Origin: Candidatus Velamenicoccus archaeovorus
Lineage (GTDB): Bacteria > Omnitrophota > Gorgyraeia > Velamenicoccales > Velamenicoccaceae
Reading direction: 5' to 3'
Length of the DNA stretch: 32,000 bases
Assembly: GCF_004102945.1 (NCBI RefSeq)
Contig: NZ_CP019384.1
Location: 1,770,001 to 1,802,000 of the forward strand
Below are positions 1 through 7,845 of the stretch, piece by piece. The notes under the pieces were generated by a model. That model made no database searches. It was not told the origin of the DNA and was given only the letters and a program-made list of their open reading frames with translations. The position numbers and the translations under genes were made by a program. Numbering within the stretch: the first letter of the stretch is position 1; each line of letters starts with the position of its first letter.

Positions 1-2899
1 CGACGGAGATAGAGGCGTCTGTCAGGATCGTCCATGTATTGGTGCTCAAAGAGTATTTGGCAAAATCCCTGCCGCTCCCTTTCAAGCAATAAATGAAATC
101 GCCTGAGCCCGGATAAACCAGGCTGCCGTAATCCGAGATGGCCCATGGCGCATCAGCCAAGTAGCCCCACGTCTCGTCGTCCAGATTGAACTTGGTGAAT
201 TTTGTGGTGCCGGACTGTTTAAGGACATAGATACCTTTATAAGAACCGCTTGAGATGATGCACATGCCGTTGCCTTCCGAATACGCCGACTCAAGCATAT
301 TGGGCAGGGTCGTCCAGGAACCGCCGTAGGCATCGTCGTTGAATTTCAGGAAGATCGAGGAATTATAATAGCCGGGACAGACATAGATGCCGCTGGCGTC
401 AGCCACCATCCTCGCGCTCCAGAAGAACATGTAAGGAGAAGACGCCAATTGCGTCCAGGTGCCGGTTGCCGTATTATACTTCCAGAAATTCCTCGACATA
501 TTGCCTTCGGAAACATAGATGTAGTCGCCTGTGCCTGGATAAACCGCCCTATGCCCCGTACCAGAAGTGACAAAAGGCAGTTTTATCAGGTTGACCCATT
601 TGTTCTGGGTGAGGGAATACTTCCAGGCATAGTTCGTGCGGTAGTTCATGAACAAATAAACATAATCCCCTTTTTTGACGACACTGCCGAAGTTGAGGCG
701 CGATGTGGCATAAGGGGCGTTGACAATCTCATTCTTCCACTGGCCTGTGCTGAAAACATAGGTCTCGACTCCAGAGGCATATTGTGTACCGATGTGATAG
801 AGATTTGTGTCGCTGGCGCAGGCCGCTATCTGCGTGTATTGAAAAATGGGCGCGTGAAGACTCTGCCAAGTATTGGTAGCAATATCGTATTTGGCAAAAC
901 CCGTATAATAGAGGCTACCGTCATGGCCGTTTAGATAATAGATAGCATTCTCGCTAGAAGAATAAACAAACTTTCCGCCATAGCCTGGATACATATCCGG
1001 CAAATTTGCTTTTTGGGTCCAAGTATCGGTTGAGATTTGATAAGTCATAAATACTGTCCTAGAATTGCTGCGCAAGAAATAGATATAATCGCCCGAGCCA
1101 GGATAGACCGAGCACGCGCCATAGTAAAAATTACCAAAAGGACAGAGACTGATACTTTGCCAGGTATCGTTTTGCGGTTTATAGCGATAAAGATTATTAG
1201 TATAGGCTCCCGTGTCTTGATTGTAGCCGCCTGTGGCATAAACAAAATTCCCTGCGACCACAAGGGTGCCGCCCCAATAAGCCTTTTGCGGAAGAGGCGC
1301 CAGTTGTTCCCAGGCTTTGGTCGTCAGGTTATACCTGCTGAATCCATTCTGGTAATATCCCTGCATGCAATAAATATAGGTATCTCCCGGTTTATAAGCC
1401 AAGCCCCCTCCTACATAAATACCTGACGTATTGCCGGCGAAGGTGGCATCAGAAAGCCTTTCCCATTGATAAGCCACAGCTGTATTAGACGAAGAAAATG
1501 GAGTAAAGGTCAAATAATACTTATAGAAATATTTATAGCCGTTGCCTGGGATGTAGTAAATGGCATTTTCCGAAGCCACATAAACCGCATCTGCGCCCCA
1601 ATAACCGCTGGAACGGGGATATGACTCTTCGCGCCATTTTTTGGTCGCTGGATAATAGCGATAAGTCGAGCTATAGCTGTGATTGCTTAAAAGCCTGAGC
1701 TCTGTGCCGCCCCCATCAGGGTCATAAAGATACATCCGGCTGTAGATGGTAAAAGGCAAAGCAGGCATTTCGATGTCTTTGGAAAGCGTGGAGGTATAAT
1801 AAGAGCTTTCCCAAGTGTCCGAAGAAATATAATACCTTGCAAAATACCTGCTGCCGCCGTTCCAGGCGTAGAGATAATCCCCTGTCCCGGGCCACACCAC
1901 ATCCGAATACCATGACAAGGCAAACGGGCAATTCTGCAAGCTGACCCACGCGTTGGAAGAAGCATTCACGTCGAATTTGGCAAACGAGGTCGAACCGCCG
2001 CCGGCCGAACCATAGACCAGGTTTCCAGACCCCGGGTACACCAGGGATGCGCCTATGCCGACGGCAAAAGGCGTGGACTCGACAGCAGACCACGAACCAG
2101 CCTCTGCGATACCCGTGGGTATGTTGTAACGGTAAAAGACCGAGGACCCATTGCCGCAAAAAGCAAAGGCCTTGCTGATGGAGGGCACGACGACCAGGGC
2201 CCCGCCGTAGCCGACGGCGGCCGAGATGTTTTTCTTCGCATACCACGTATTGGTGGAGATCTGATAGGCGTAAAATTCCTTGCGGTTGCCGCCGACCAAA
2301 GCATAAATGACGTCGTTGCCGTCATAAGCCAAGGCCGCGCCGAGGCCCACAGACATGGGGATGTCCGCCATCATCTCCCATTTTTCGTCCGCAATGGACC
2401 AGCGCATGAAAGACATGTTGTTCCCCCAGGAGACCCAGAGGGAATAGATGTAATTGCCGGCCCGCGTCAAGGGGGCGACCGCGCCCATGTAAGGCGTAAA
2501 AGGCAGGTTGGCCCATTCGCCGAGGGCGCTGCAGAAGGGATCCTGATAAACCGTGTTCAGGCCGAGGGTGGCCGCAGAGCCTGTGCCGGCGACAATGGTA
2601 TTGGTGCCGCTCCCCTCGGCAAAATCGGCATCCGTGTCATCGGTGAGGGAAAAAGGATTGGGGAGCAGCTTCACGCCGGCCGACGAAACGGTGTCCACAT
2701 TTGCGCCGGCGGAAGAATATTTTGTCCAGCCGGTCTTGTTGGCCGGGTCTGTGGCATTATCTGCCGATGCGCCCCCGCGCCAATCGCTCTGCTCGAACTT
2801 GTTGTACTGATCGGCGGCAAAGGACATGTTTATGCACAAAACCGCCTGCCCCAGGACGAACATCCCGGCCAACACAAGGCCCAACACCCCTGGCCGCAT
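1..2899 (-). CDS. Kelch-like beta-propeller repeat protein with N-terminal signal peptide (partial; 3' end lies beyond base 1)
   Basis: Absent from the ORF track because it is edge-truncated. My manual minus-strand translation from ATG 2899 stays open to base 1 (966 codons). It starts MRPGVLGLVLAGMFVLGQAVLCINMSFAADQ (signal-peptide-like). Many ~45-55 aa repeats follow, with ...YPG[ST]GD[YF]IY... and ...[ST][DN]TW...L..P motifs: VYPGSGDFIYC encoded ~86-118, VYPGTGDYIYV ~515-544, VYPGSGDYIYF ~1080-1108. An alternative in-frame ATG at 2991 is preceded by GGGAGAAG. Confidence 0.8.
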   Translation of the reverse strand, partial: MRPGVLGLVLAGMFVLGQAVLCINMSFAADQYNKFEQSDWRGGASADNATDPANKTGWTKYSSAGANVDTVSSAGVKLLPNPFSLTDDTDADFAEGSGTNTIVAGTGSAATLGLNTVYQDPFCSALGEWANLPFTPYMGAVAPLTRAGNYIYSLWVSWGNNMSFMRWSIADEKWEMMADIPMSVGLGAALAYDGNDVIYALVGGNRKEFYAYQISTNTWYAKKNISAAVGYGGALVVVPSISKAFAFCGNGSSVFYRYNIPTGIAEAGSWSAVESTPFAVGIGASLVYPGSGNLVYGSAGGGSTSFAKFDVNASSNAWVSLQNCPFALSWYSDVVWPGTGDYLYAWNGGSRYFARYYISSDTWESSYYTSTLSKDIEMPALPFTIYSRMYLYDPDGGGTELRLLSNHSYSSTYRYYPATKKWREESYPRSSGYWGADAVYVASENAIYYIPGNGYKYFYKYYLTFTPFSSSNTAVAYQWERLSDATFAGNTSGIYVGGGLAYKPGDTYIYCMQGYYQNGFSRYNLTTKAWEQLAPLPQKAYWGGTLVVAGNFVYATGGYNQDTGAYTNNLYRYKPQNDTWQSISLCPFGNFYYGACSVYPGSGDYIYFLRSNSRTVFMTYQISTDTWTQKANLPDMYPGYGGKFVYSSSENAIYYLNGHDGSLYYTGFAKYDIATNTWQSLHAPIFQYTQIAACASDTNLYHIGTQYASGVETYVFSTGQWKNEIVNAPYATSRLNFGSVVKKGDYVYLFMNYRTNYAWKYSLTQNKWVNLIKLPFVTSGTGHRAVYPGTGDYIYVSEGNMSRNFWKYNTATGTWTQLASSPYMFFWSARMVADASGIYVCPGYYNSSIFLKFNDDAYGGSWTTLPNMLESAYSEGNGMCIISSGSYKGIYVLKQSGTTKFTKFNLDDETWGYLADAPWAISDYGSLVYPGSGDFIYCLKGSGRDFAKYSLSTNTWTILTDASISV

Positions 2900-3013
2900 C
2901 ACCCTGGCGGATGCATGGCAATATCCTTCCATCGCCGGCATAGGATGCTGCCTGCGGGTGTCTTGGTCACATCCAGTTTTCATCAAAACCGGGCCTTTCA
3001 TCTTCTTCTCCCG

Positions 3014-3535
3014 TTAACTGCACTTCAATGTCTTCAACACATTCACGAATTCCAGATGCGGCAATGTGTTCAAAAAGGCCAGGGCCAGGAAATGCCTCCC
3101 GGTCTTTTTGCAATAAAAACCGGCCAGGAGGAAATTCTGCTCTTTGACCTCGCCGTTTGGATCTTTGATCCTCATGACGACCTCGGCAAAATCCACCTCG
3201 GCTCCCGAAACCTTGGCCTTGAGCCCCTCCAGCGGCGTCTCAAATAAAAAAGTATAGCCTTCCTTGGACAATATGTCCTGATAGCTCAATTCCTTGTTCG
3301 ACCAGTGTATTTCAAAAAAATCGTCGCACATCCCCTGCTGCCCCCTGACATCGAGCTTGATGTAGCCATCCCTCTTGTCTCCGCCGATGATCTCAGGAGG
3401 AAAGTTGTCCGGGACCCTCACCTCCACCCCTCCCCCTCTGACGATGCGCGTCTTCGCCCCGGCCGCCGCATCCGAAAGACAGAGCGGGCTGCCCAGAAAG
3501 ATGAGACCCAGCGTGATGGCGATTAGCTTCTTCAT
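3014..3535 (-). CDS. hypothetical secreted protein (signal peptide)
   Basis: 173-aa ORF. The N-terminus MKKLIAITLGLIFLGSPLCLSDAAAG is signal-peptide-like. It is co-directional and tightly spaced with its neighbours. No recognisable domain. Confidence 0.55.
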   Translation of the reverse strand: MKKLIAITLGLIFLGSPLCLSDAAAGAKTRIVRGGGVEVRVPDNFPPEIIGGDKRDGYIKLDVRGQQGMCDDFFEIHWSNKELSYQDILSKEGYTFLFETPLEGLKAKVSGAEVDFAEVVMRIKDPNGEVKEQNFLLAGFYCKKTGRHFLALAFLNTLPHLEFVNVLKTLKCS

Positions 3536-3578
3536 ATCCTTGACCTTTCCTAAAAACTCTCCTTGCTCCCCGACACTT

Positions 3579-3866
3579 CTATTTTTTCGCCTTTTCTTCC
3601 AGCTCCTTGACCTTGTCTTTTTCCATCTGGAGTCTCTTGGCCATGGCCTCGTAGGAAACCATGTCGGCGCGGTATTTCTCGTCCAGGTCTTTCTTTATCC
3701 GTTCTCTCTCCACGCTTAATTTTTGGCTGAATTCCTGCTCGAGCGAAGCATCCGAGGGTCTGCGCGCCGCCCCGGACGTCCTGCCGATGAAAAAGAGCGC
3801 AACGCCGAAAACCACAACCAGAACACCTGCCGCGATATACCTTAATGATTTAGGCTCCATCTTCAT
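3579..3866 (-). CDS. small membrane-anchored coiled-coil protein
   Basis: 95-aa ORF with one TM helix (YIAAGVLVVVFGVALFFIG), then a charged heptad-like tail (ERERIKKDLDEKYRADMVSYEAMAKRLQMEKDKVKELEEKAKK). Confidence 0.5.
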   Translation of the reverse strand: MKMEPKSLRYIAAGVLVVVFGVALFFIGRTSGAARRPSDASLEQEFSQKLSVERERIKKDLDEKYRADMVSYEAMAKRLQMEKDKVKELEEKAKK

Positions 3867-3914
3867 TTTTCACCTCAATGAAAGGTCTGATCTTTGCCGC
3901 ATTCTGCGTCTCGA

Positions 3915-6284
3915 TTAAAAACCGCCGACACCTTTTACGGCGGCCCCCTTCTTTTCCGCCGTTTTCTTCTCTATAAAAAATACGCCATCGGACGTATCGG
4001 AAACCGTCTTGTCAAAAGCATCGGAGATCCTCACCAGGGCCTGATCGGTCGTCACCTGGGGAACGGTCCAGAGATAAGATCCCGTATTGGCGACCCTTTC
4101 CGATACGGACTGATAAGTCTTGCCGGCATCAGACGAATACTCCAGCTTCATGGGGTAAGACGACTCATAGTCCCATGCTGTCCACGTGATGACGTGCGAG
4201 CCGGCCGTGACAGAATCGCCGCCATTGGGGCCCAACAGCACGATGTTACCCGGCCTGTAGGAAAACGAGGCATACGCCATGTAAGGCGCTGCATCGGTTT
4301 CCTTTTTGAGATTGATGCGGCCGCGCAAGGTCTGTCCGGCAGAAAAGTCGCCCTTGGAAACATAATAATAGGCGTCATTCACGCAGTCTTTTTTATAATT
4401 TTTGCCGCCGTCGGCTGAAACATCAACGCTGGCTCCTTGGCCTTCCCATGCGGGCACGATGATGCGGATGAGGTAATCCGTCTTGATCCCCGGAATGATG
4501 TAATAGCCCGACTTGGCGGACGCCTCGAGGACGAGGTTCTTTTTGGCATCCAGGACGATATGGTGGAATATAGGTAAGGACGGCGTTTCTTCGGCGGCCG
4601 GGGCGGAAACATCAACCCTGGGTTCTGGGCTGGCATATTTGCGCGCGCGGATCCACAGGAACTTGGTCAGGCTCCTGCCCAGACCCACGCCCGTGGTCTT
4701 CAGCGCCACGAACCCCTTGGCAGGGCCTTCCGTGTCCTGATAGCTCACCGCGGCCTGCTTTTTGGAGAAGTTAGCGTCGTAGCGTTCAAAGGTCAGCAGA
4801 TTGTTCTTGTCCGCGGTCAGGCGATAGCCATAATAAACGCCCGCAACGATGGGTGCGGGCGTATTGGCCTTGACGATATTGTCGACGACCAGGCAGTGCT
4901 GGGCACCGTCCAACGCCGAGGCGTAGGCGACAAGCGTCGCGTCCATCGCCGATGCCGGGTCGGGGTCGCGCGCAATCAGCCGCGTCTCATAACCTGTCTG
5001 GGCGGCGGCCACATACTCAATGATGCCCTCCTTGAACTCAAAGGTCTTGGCCGAGACGGCCGCGGCGTCGAGCAGAAGCCCCTCCGGAGCCGCCTGGGCG
5101 CTGCCGCCTGTCCCAAGCGTCACCGACCACTTCTCCGGAGCCAGAGATCCCTTGAGTGACGTAAAATCTTCATAAAAATCGAATGTATCCGCCGGGGAAG
5201 AAAGCGACATCGCCACAGGGTTACCGTAATACAGGAATGCCTTAATGCCGTCTTTGGGGATTTCAGGGAAACGGACAAAATAGGCGGCTGTCCGGTTCGG
5301 CTTCTTTCCTTCTATGCTGATCAATGCATGGGGCAGGAGCGTCTCGCCGTCGGCCGACGTAAACCGGATATCATTGAAATCCGCTAAAATGTGGCCGTCG
5401 CAGACAATGTCTGCAGAGGCCGACCCTGAAGACTCGCCCACACGCACCATGAGCTGGTAATTGTAAAGCGCACCCGAGGAAGAACCCGATATCTTGAACG
5501 GCTTCCTGTAGAGGAACCTGGAAAGCGCGGGCTCGCCGAAAGTGCCGGCGATACCGTTCTCGGTAGCAAAAGCAAGCGTCACCTCCAACAAAGCCGTTTC
5601 TGCGCCCAGGACGGCCTTCCATTTCAACGCCTCGCCTTTCACAAGCTCGGAGCTCACCGGAACGCCGTTGACAACGGGCGTGTAATGAAGCCCCGCATCC
5701 GCGCTCACCAGCAAGGCCACGGGACCCGTCGCCTCCCAACTCGCCGTCAGGGACGTAACCACACCGTTGACATTCACCGGCTGGCTGATGTATTCCATCT
5801 TTTCGGCGATGACGGGAAGAAGAAAATCGCCCCTGCCGTCCGTGCGCCAGACAAACGGCGATTGATAAGCGATCAAATCGGAGGCGGCCATGGCCCCTTC
5901 GGCATTGAAAGAAACGCACACCGCAGAAGAAAAGAAAAACAGAAAAACAAAACACCCTGAGAAAAATCTCAGGGTGCCGCATTTTCTTAATGAGACAAAC
6001 AGGCCAGACCTTAAAGTCTCATTAAGTTTTTTTTGTTTCAGGGAAGATGACGCGCCGTGATGATCGAGGCCTTCCTGTAATCCATGCATATTCATCAGGG
6101 CTTCACTTTTGTGGACGAATGCCTCCTTAAATTCACTCTTGGAATTTATTGTAGCAAACGCTGGCGAAAAATCAACTCTTTCCATGCGCCGAGCGCCATT
6201 GACGGCCGGTGAACATTGCAAGCAAGGCCCGAAATGCCTTCTCTGCACCGCCGTTGCCATTGTTTTAAAATACGCTATTGTCAT
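3915..6284 (-). CDS. large DUF2341-type surface/secreted protein (start codon uncertain; coordinates are the maximal ORF)
   Basis: The stretch FLYRKPFKISGSSSGALYNYQLMVRV...ADFNDIRFTSADGETLLPHALISIEG...AYFVRFPEIPKDGIKAFLYYGNP fits the DUF2341 pattern. It is followed by a probable lectin/LamG-like region and C-terminal Ig-like modules (LEYSSDAGKTYQSV...GSYLWTVP). A signal-peptide-like segment FFSGCFVFLFFFSSAVCVSFNAEGAMA/ASD is encoded at ~5885-5965. The part of the ORF above 5986 translates a REP hairpin and element-internal DNA, so the real start is unclear (see findings). Confidence 0.75.
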   Translation of the reverse strand: MTIAYFKTMATAVQRRHFGPCLQCSPAVNGARRMERVDFSPAFATINSKSEFKEAFVHKSEALMNMHGLQEGLDHHGASSSLKQKKLNETLRSGLFVSLRKCGTLRFFSGCFVFLFFFSSAVCVSFNAEGAMAASDLIAYQSPFVWRTDGRGDFLLPVIAEKMEYISQPVNVNGVVTSLTASWEATGPVALLVSADAGLHYTPVVNGVPVSSELVKGEALKWKAVLGAETALLEVTLAFATENGIAGTFGEPALSRFLYRKPFKISGSSSGALYNYQLMVRVGESSGSASADIVCDGHILADFNDIRFTSADGETLLPHALISIEGKKPNRTAAYFVRFPEIPKDGIKAFLYYGNPVAMSLSSPADTFDFYEDFTSLKGSLAPEKWSVTLGTGGSAQAAPEGLLLDAAAVSAKTFEFKEGIIEYVAAAQTGYETRLIARDPDPASAMDATLVAYASALDGAQHCLVVDNIVKANTPAPIVAGVYYGYRLTADKNNLLTFERYDANFSKKQAAVSYQDTEGPAKGFVALKTTGVGLGRSLTKFLWIRARKYASPEPRVDVSAPAAEETPSLPIFHHIVLDAKKNLVLEASAKSGYYIIPGIKTDYLIRIIVPAWEGQGASVDVSADGGKNYKKDCVNDAYYYVSKGDFSAGQTLRGRINLKKETDAAPYMAYASFSYRPGNIVLLGPNGGDSVTAGSHVITWTAWDYESSYPMKLEYSSDAGKTYQSVSERVANTGSYLWTVPQVTTDQALVRISDAFDKTVSDTSDGVFFIEKKTAEKKGAAVKGVGGF
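5927..5976 (-). terminator. intrinsic-terminator-like hairpin plus U-tract (minus strand)
   Basis: Perfect 10-bp stem CACCCTGAGA (5953-5962) / TCTCAGGGTG (5967-5976) with a 4-nt loop. On the minus strand it is followed by TTTTGTTTTTCTGTTTTTCTTTTC. It lies inside the maximal DUF2341 ORF, so its function is uncertain. Confidence 0.4.
5987..6025. repeat. REP-like palindrome, hybrid copy (type-2 left arm / type-1 right arm)
   Basis: TTAATGAGAC AAACAGG CCAGA CCTTAAA GTCTCATTAA. The outer 10 nt pair; the inner 7 nt do not. Confidence 0.9.
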
Positions 6285-6638
6285 TTTCCTGTCCTTTGCC
6301 GGGCCTTAAATCTTCTTGGCCGCCTTTAGTCCGCTTGCCTTGAGTGCCTTGCGCATACTTTTTTTCGAGCATCCCCCTTGACAAACGCCGTAAACTTCCT
6401 TGAATCCAAAATCAACATAATCCTTGCCGTCAAATTTCTATTTTAGAAACATAACTTATTGATTTACAAATACTTAAATCTCTGCATATCAAGCCTGTCT
6501 ATTTACACCTAGCCATTTTCCACAATAAATGTACCTGAAACCGCCGGAAAGATAAACCCGTATTAATATACATTCTTATTGCACAAACTACTCTATTGGA
6601 AACCGCGAAATTCAGCAAAGATTACCCCCGCTACCGCC

Positions 6639-6676
6639 TTAATGAGACTTTAAGGCCAGACCTTAAAGTCTCATTA
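6639..6676. repeat. REP-like palindrome, perfect type-1 copy
   Basis: TTAATGAGACTTTAAGG CCAGA CCTTAAAGTCTCATTA: 16-bp perfect stem, 5-nt loop. It overlaps the transposase stop codon (6674-6676). Confidence 0.9.
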
Positions 6677-7540
6677 CGCAATTGTTCGGTAGAATGTGGC
6701 CCGGCTTATCCCCAGCATTTTCTCTATCTCTGCGGGTGTATACCCGTTGGCCAATAACTGTCCAATGGCGTATTTTCTCGCATCCCGCTCTTCGATTTTT
6801 CTCATTCTTTGCTTTGACTTGATTTTTTCAACCATCGCTTCCAAATTTTTTTCTTCATGCCGCTTGGTGATTTTTTGAATGACCTCCCCGATCTGTCCTG
6901 CCACACGCTTTAACGACAGCGTTCCTGAAATGCCGCAACTCTCAATATGAAGCAGGCTATCTGACAATATCTGTTGATATTTCTGGCGCGCCCGGTGAAT
7001 ATCCTGGTCTATCATGGAAAGAATCTGTTGATAATCAACAAAGGTCGCCGCAGTAATATCTGTAAACAACCGGATGGAACTCCAGCGATAACTCCTGAAA
7101 TCTTTGCATAAACCCGCGCGACATGGGTTGAGGTGTATGTAAACTGAAATCGCAAGAAAATAAGCATCATCATTACAAAGCGATGCCCTGAATCTCCCGC
7201 AAAAAACATGTCCCTTACGCTGGTATTTCTCATTAAAGTACATGGCATAACGCTCAAATAAGTTTTTCATGGCGGATGACAAATTTTTTTGGGTAATCTG
7301 TAGAAGAAGATGGAGATGATTTGTAAGAAGAGTGAAAGAAAAAAGTTTAACGTGAAATTCCTGAGCGATATCTTTAAGAATTTTCAAAAAATACAAGTAG
7401 TCGTTTTCTTCCAAGAAGATACGCTCCGTACCAGGAGCCCTCTGCGTTATATGATAAACAGCTCCCTCAAAAATGATACGTTGACGTATTGTCAATTGCC
7501 GTCTTATCTCCCCTTCGCTTAACCCCTGCAAAATATCCAT
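6674..7540 (-). CDS. REP-associated tyrosine transposase (RAYT) / IS200-like HUH Y1 transposase with C-terminal HTH tail
   Basis: Contains YHITQR, the HUH motif in LLTNHLHLLLQ, and the catalytic-Tyr region ISVYIHLNPCRAGL...YRWSS, typical of the COG1943/Y1_Tnp family. The C-terminus LGISRATFYRTIA is HTH-like. Start set at ATG 7540 (AAAGGGAGCT upstream). The ORF-track start at 7600 only translates the REP hairpin. Confidence 0.85.
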   Translation of the reverse strand: MDILQGLSEGEIRRQLTIRQRIIFEGAVYHITQRAPGTERIFLEENDYLYFLKILKDIAQEFHVKLFSFTLLTNHLHLLLQITQKNLSSAMKNLFERYAMYFNEKYQRKGHVFCGRFRASLCNDDAYFLAISVYIHLNPCRAGLCKDFRSYRWSSIRLFTDITAATFVDYQQILSMIDQDIHRARQKYQQILSDSLLHIESCGISGTLSLKRVAGQIGEVIQKITKRHEEKNLEAMVEKIKSKQRMRKIEERDARKYAIGQLLANGYTPAEIEKMLGISRATFYRTIA

Positions 7541-7551
7541 AGCTCCCTTTC

Positions 7552-7589
7552 TTAATGAGACTTTAAGGCCAGACCTGTTTGTCTCATTA
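7552..7589. repeat. REP-like palindrome, hybrid copy (type-1 left arm / type-2 right arm)
   Basis: TTAATGAGAC TTTAAGG CCAGA CCTGTTT GTCTCATTA. This is the reciprocal of the hybrid at 5987-6025. Confidence 0.9.
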
Positions 7590-7681
7590 CAGATAATCAT
7601 ATTGGAACTAGTTTGTCTTAATGCTTTTCTGTTTTTAGGTGAGGGAAGAAATAGGGGAGCTAAAAGGTAACTTGGAGCTTC

Positions 7682-7720
7682 TTAATGAGACTTTAAGGTC
7701 TGGCCTTAAAGTCTCATTAA
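7682..7720. repeat. REP-like palindrome, perfect type-1 copy in flipped orientation
   Basis: TTAATGAGACTTTAAGG TCTGG CCTTAAAGTCTCATTAA. The loop is the complement of CCAGA. Confidence 0.9.
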
Positions 7721-7792
7721 TTGATACTTGGGAAGCCTGATTGAGGACGTTGAAAAGGAAGAATCAGGGAGTGGGAATTGTCCTAGTCTTCA

Positions 7793-7831
7793 TAATGAGA
7801 CTGAATGGGTCTGTCCCATTTTGTCTCATTA
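7793..7831. repeat. REP-like palindrome, type-3 variant
   Basis: TAATGAGAC TGAATGGG TCTGT CCCATTTT GTCTCATTA. Same outer arms, different inner stem (2 mismatches). It lies 15 bp from the response-regulator stop codon and may act as its terminator. Confidence 0.85.
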
Positions 7832-7845
7832 GCGGAAATGAGCGT

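Larger units (their letters stand above)
6004..7573 (-). mobile_element. putative integrated RAYT/IS200-like element bounded by the loops of two hybrid hairpins
   Basis: The segment between the CCAGA loops of the hybrid hairpins at 5987-6025 and 7552-7589. It contains the HUH/Y1 transposase gene, an intact type-1 hairpin (6639-6676) and ~610 bp of AT-rich non-coding DNA (6026-6638). Confidence 0.55.

Noticed and set aside
5371-5982. 203-aa alternative-frame ORF inside the DUF2341 gene
   Set aside because: Its translation is Arg/Gly/Cys-rich and overlaps a frame with clear DUF2341 motifs. Only its first ~20 codons (ATG 5982, hydrophobic) are of interest, as a possible frameshifted start; this is noted in the findings.
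5987-7831. REP cluster as a degenerate CRISPR array
   Set aside because: The repeats are fully palindromic, irregularly spaced (about 50 to 900 bp), occur in both orientations and surround an HUH transposase gene. There are no cas genes in the window.
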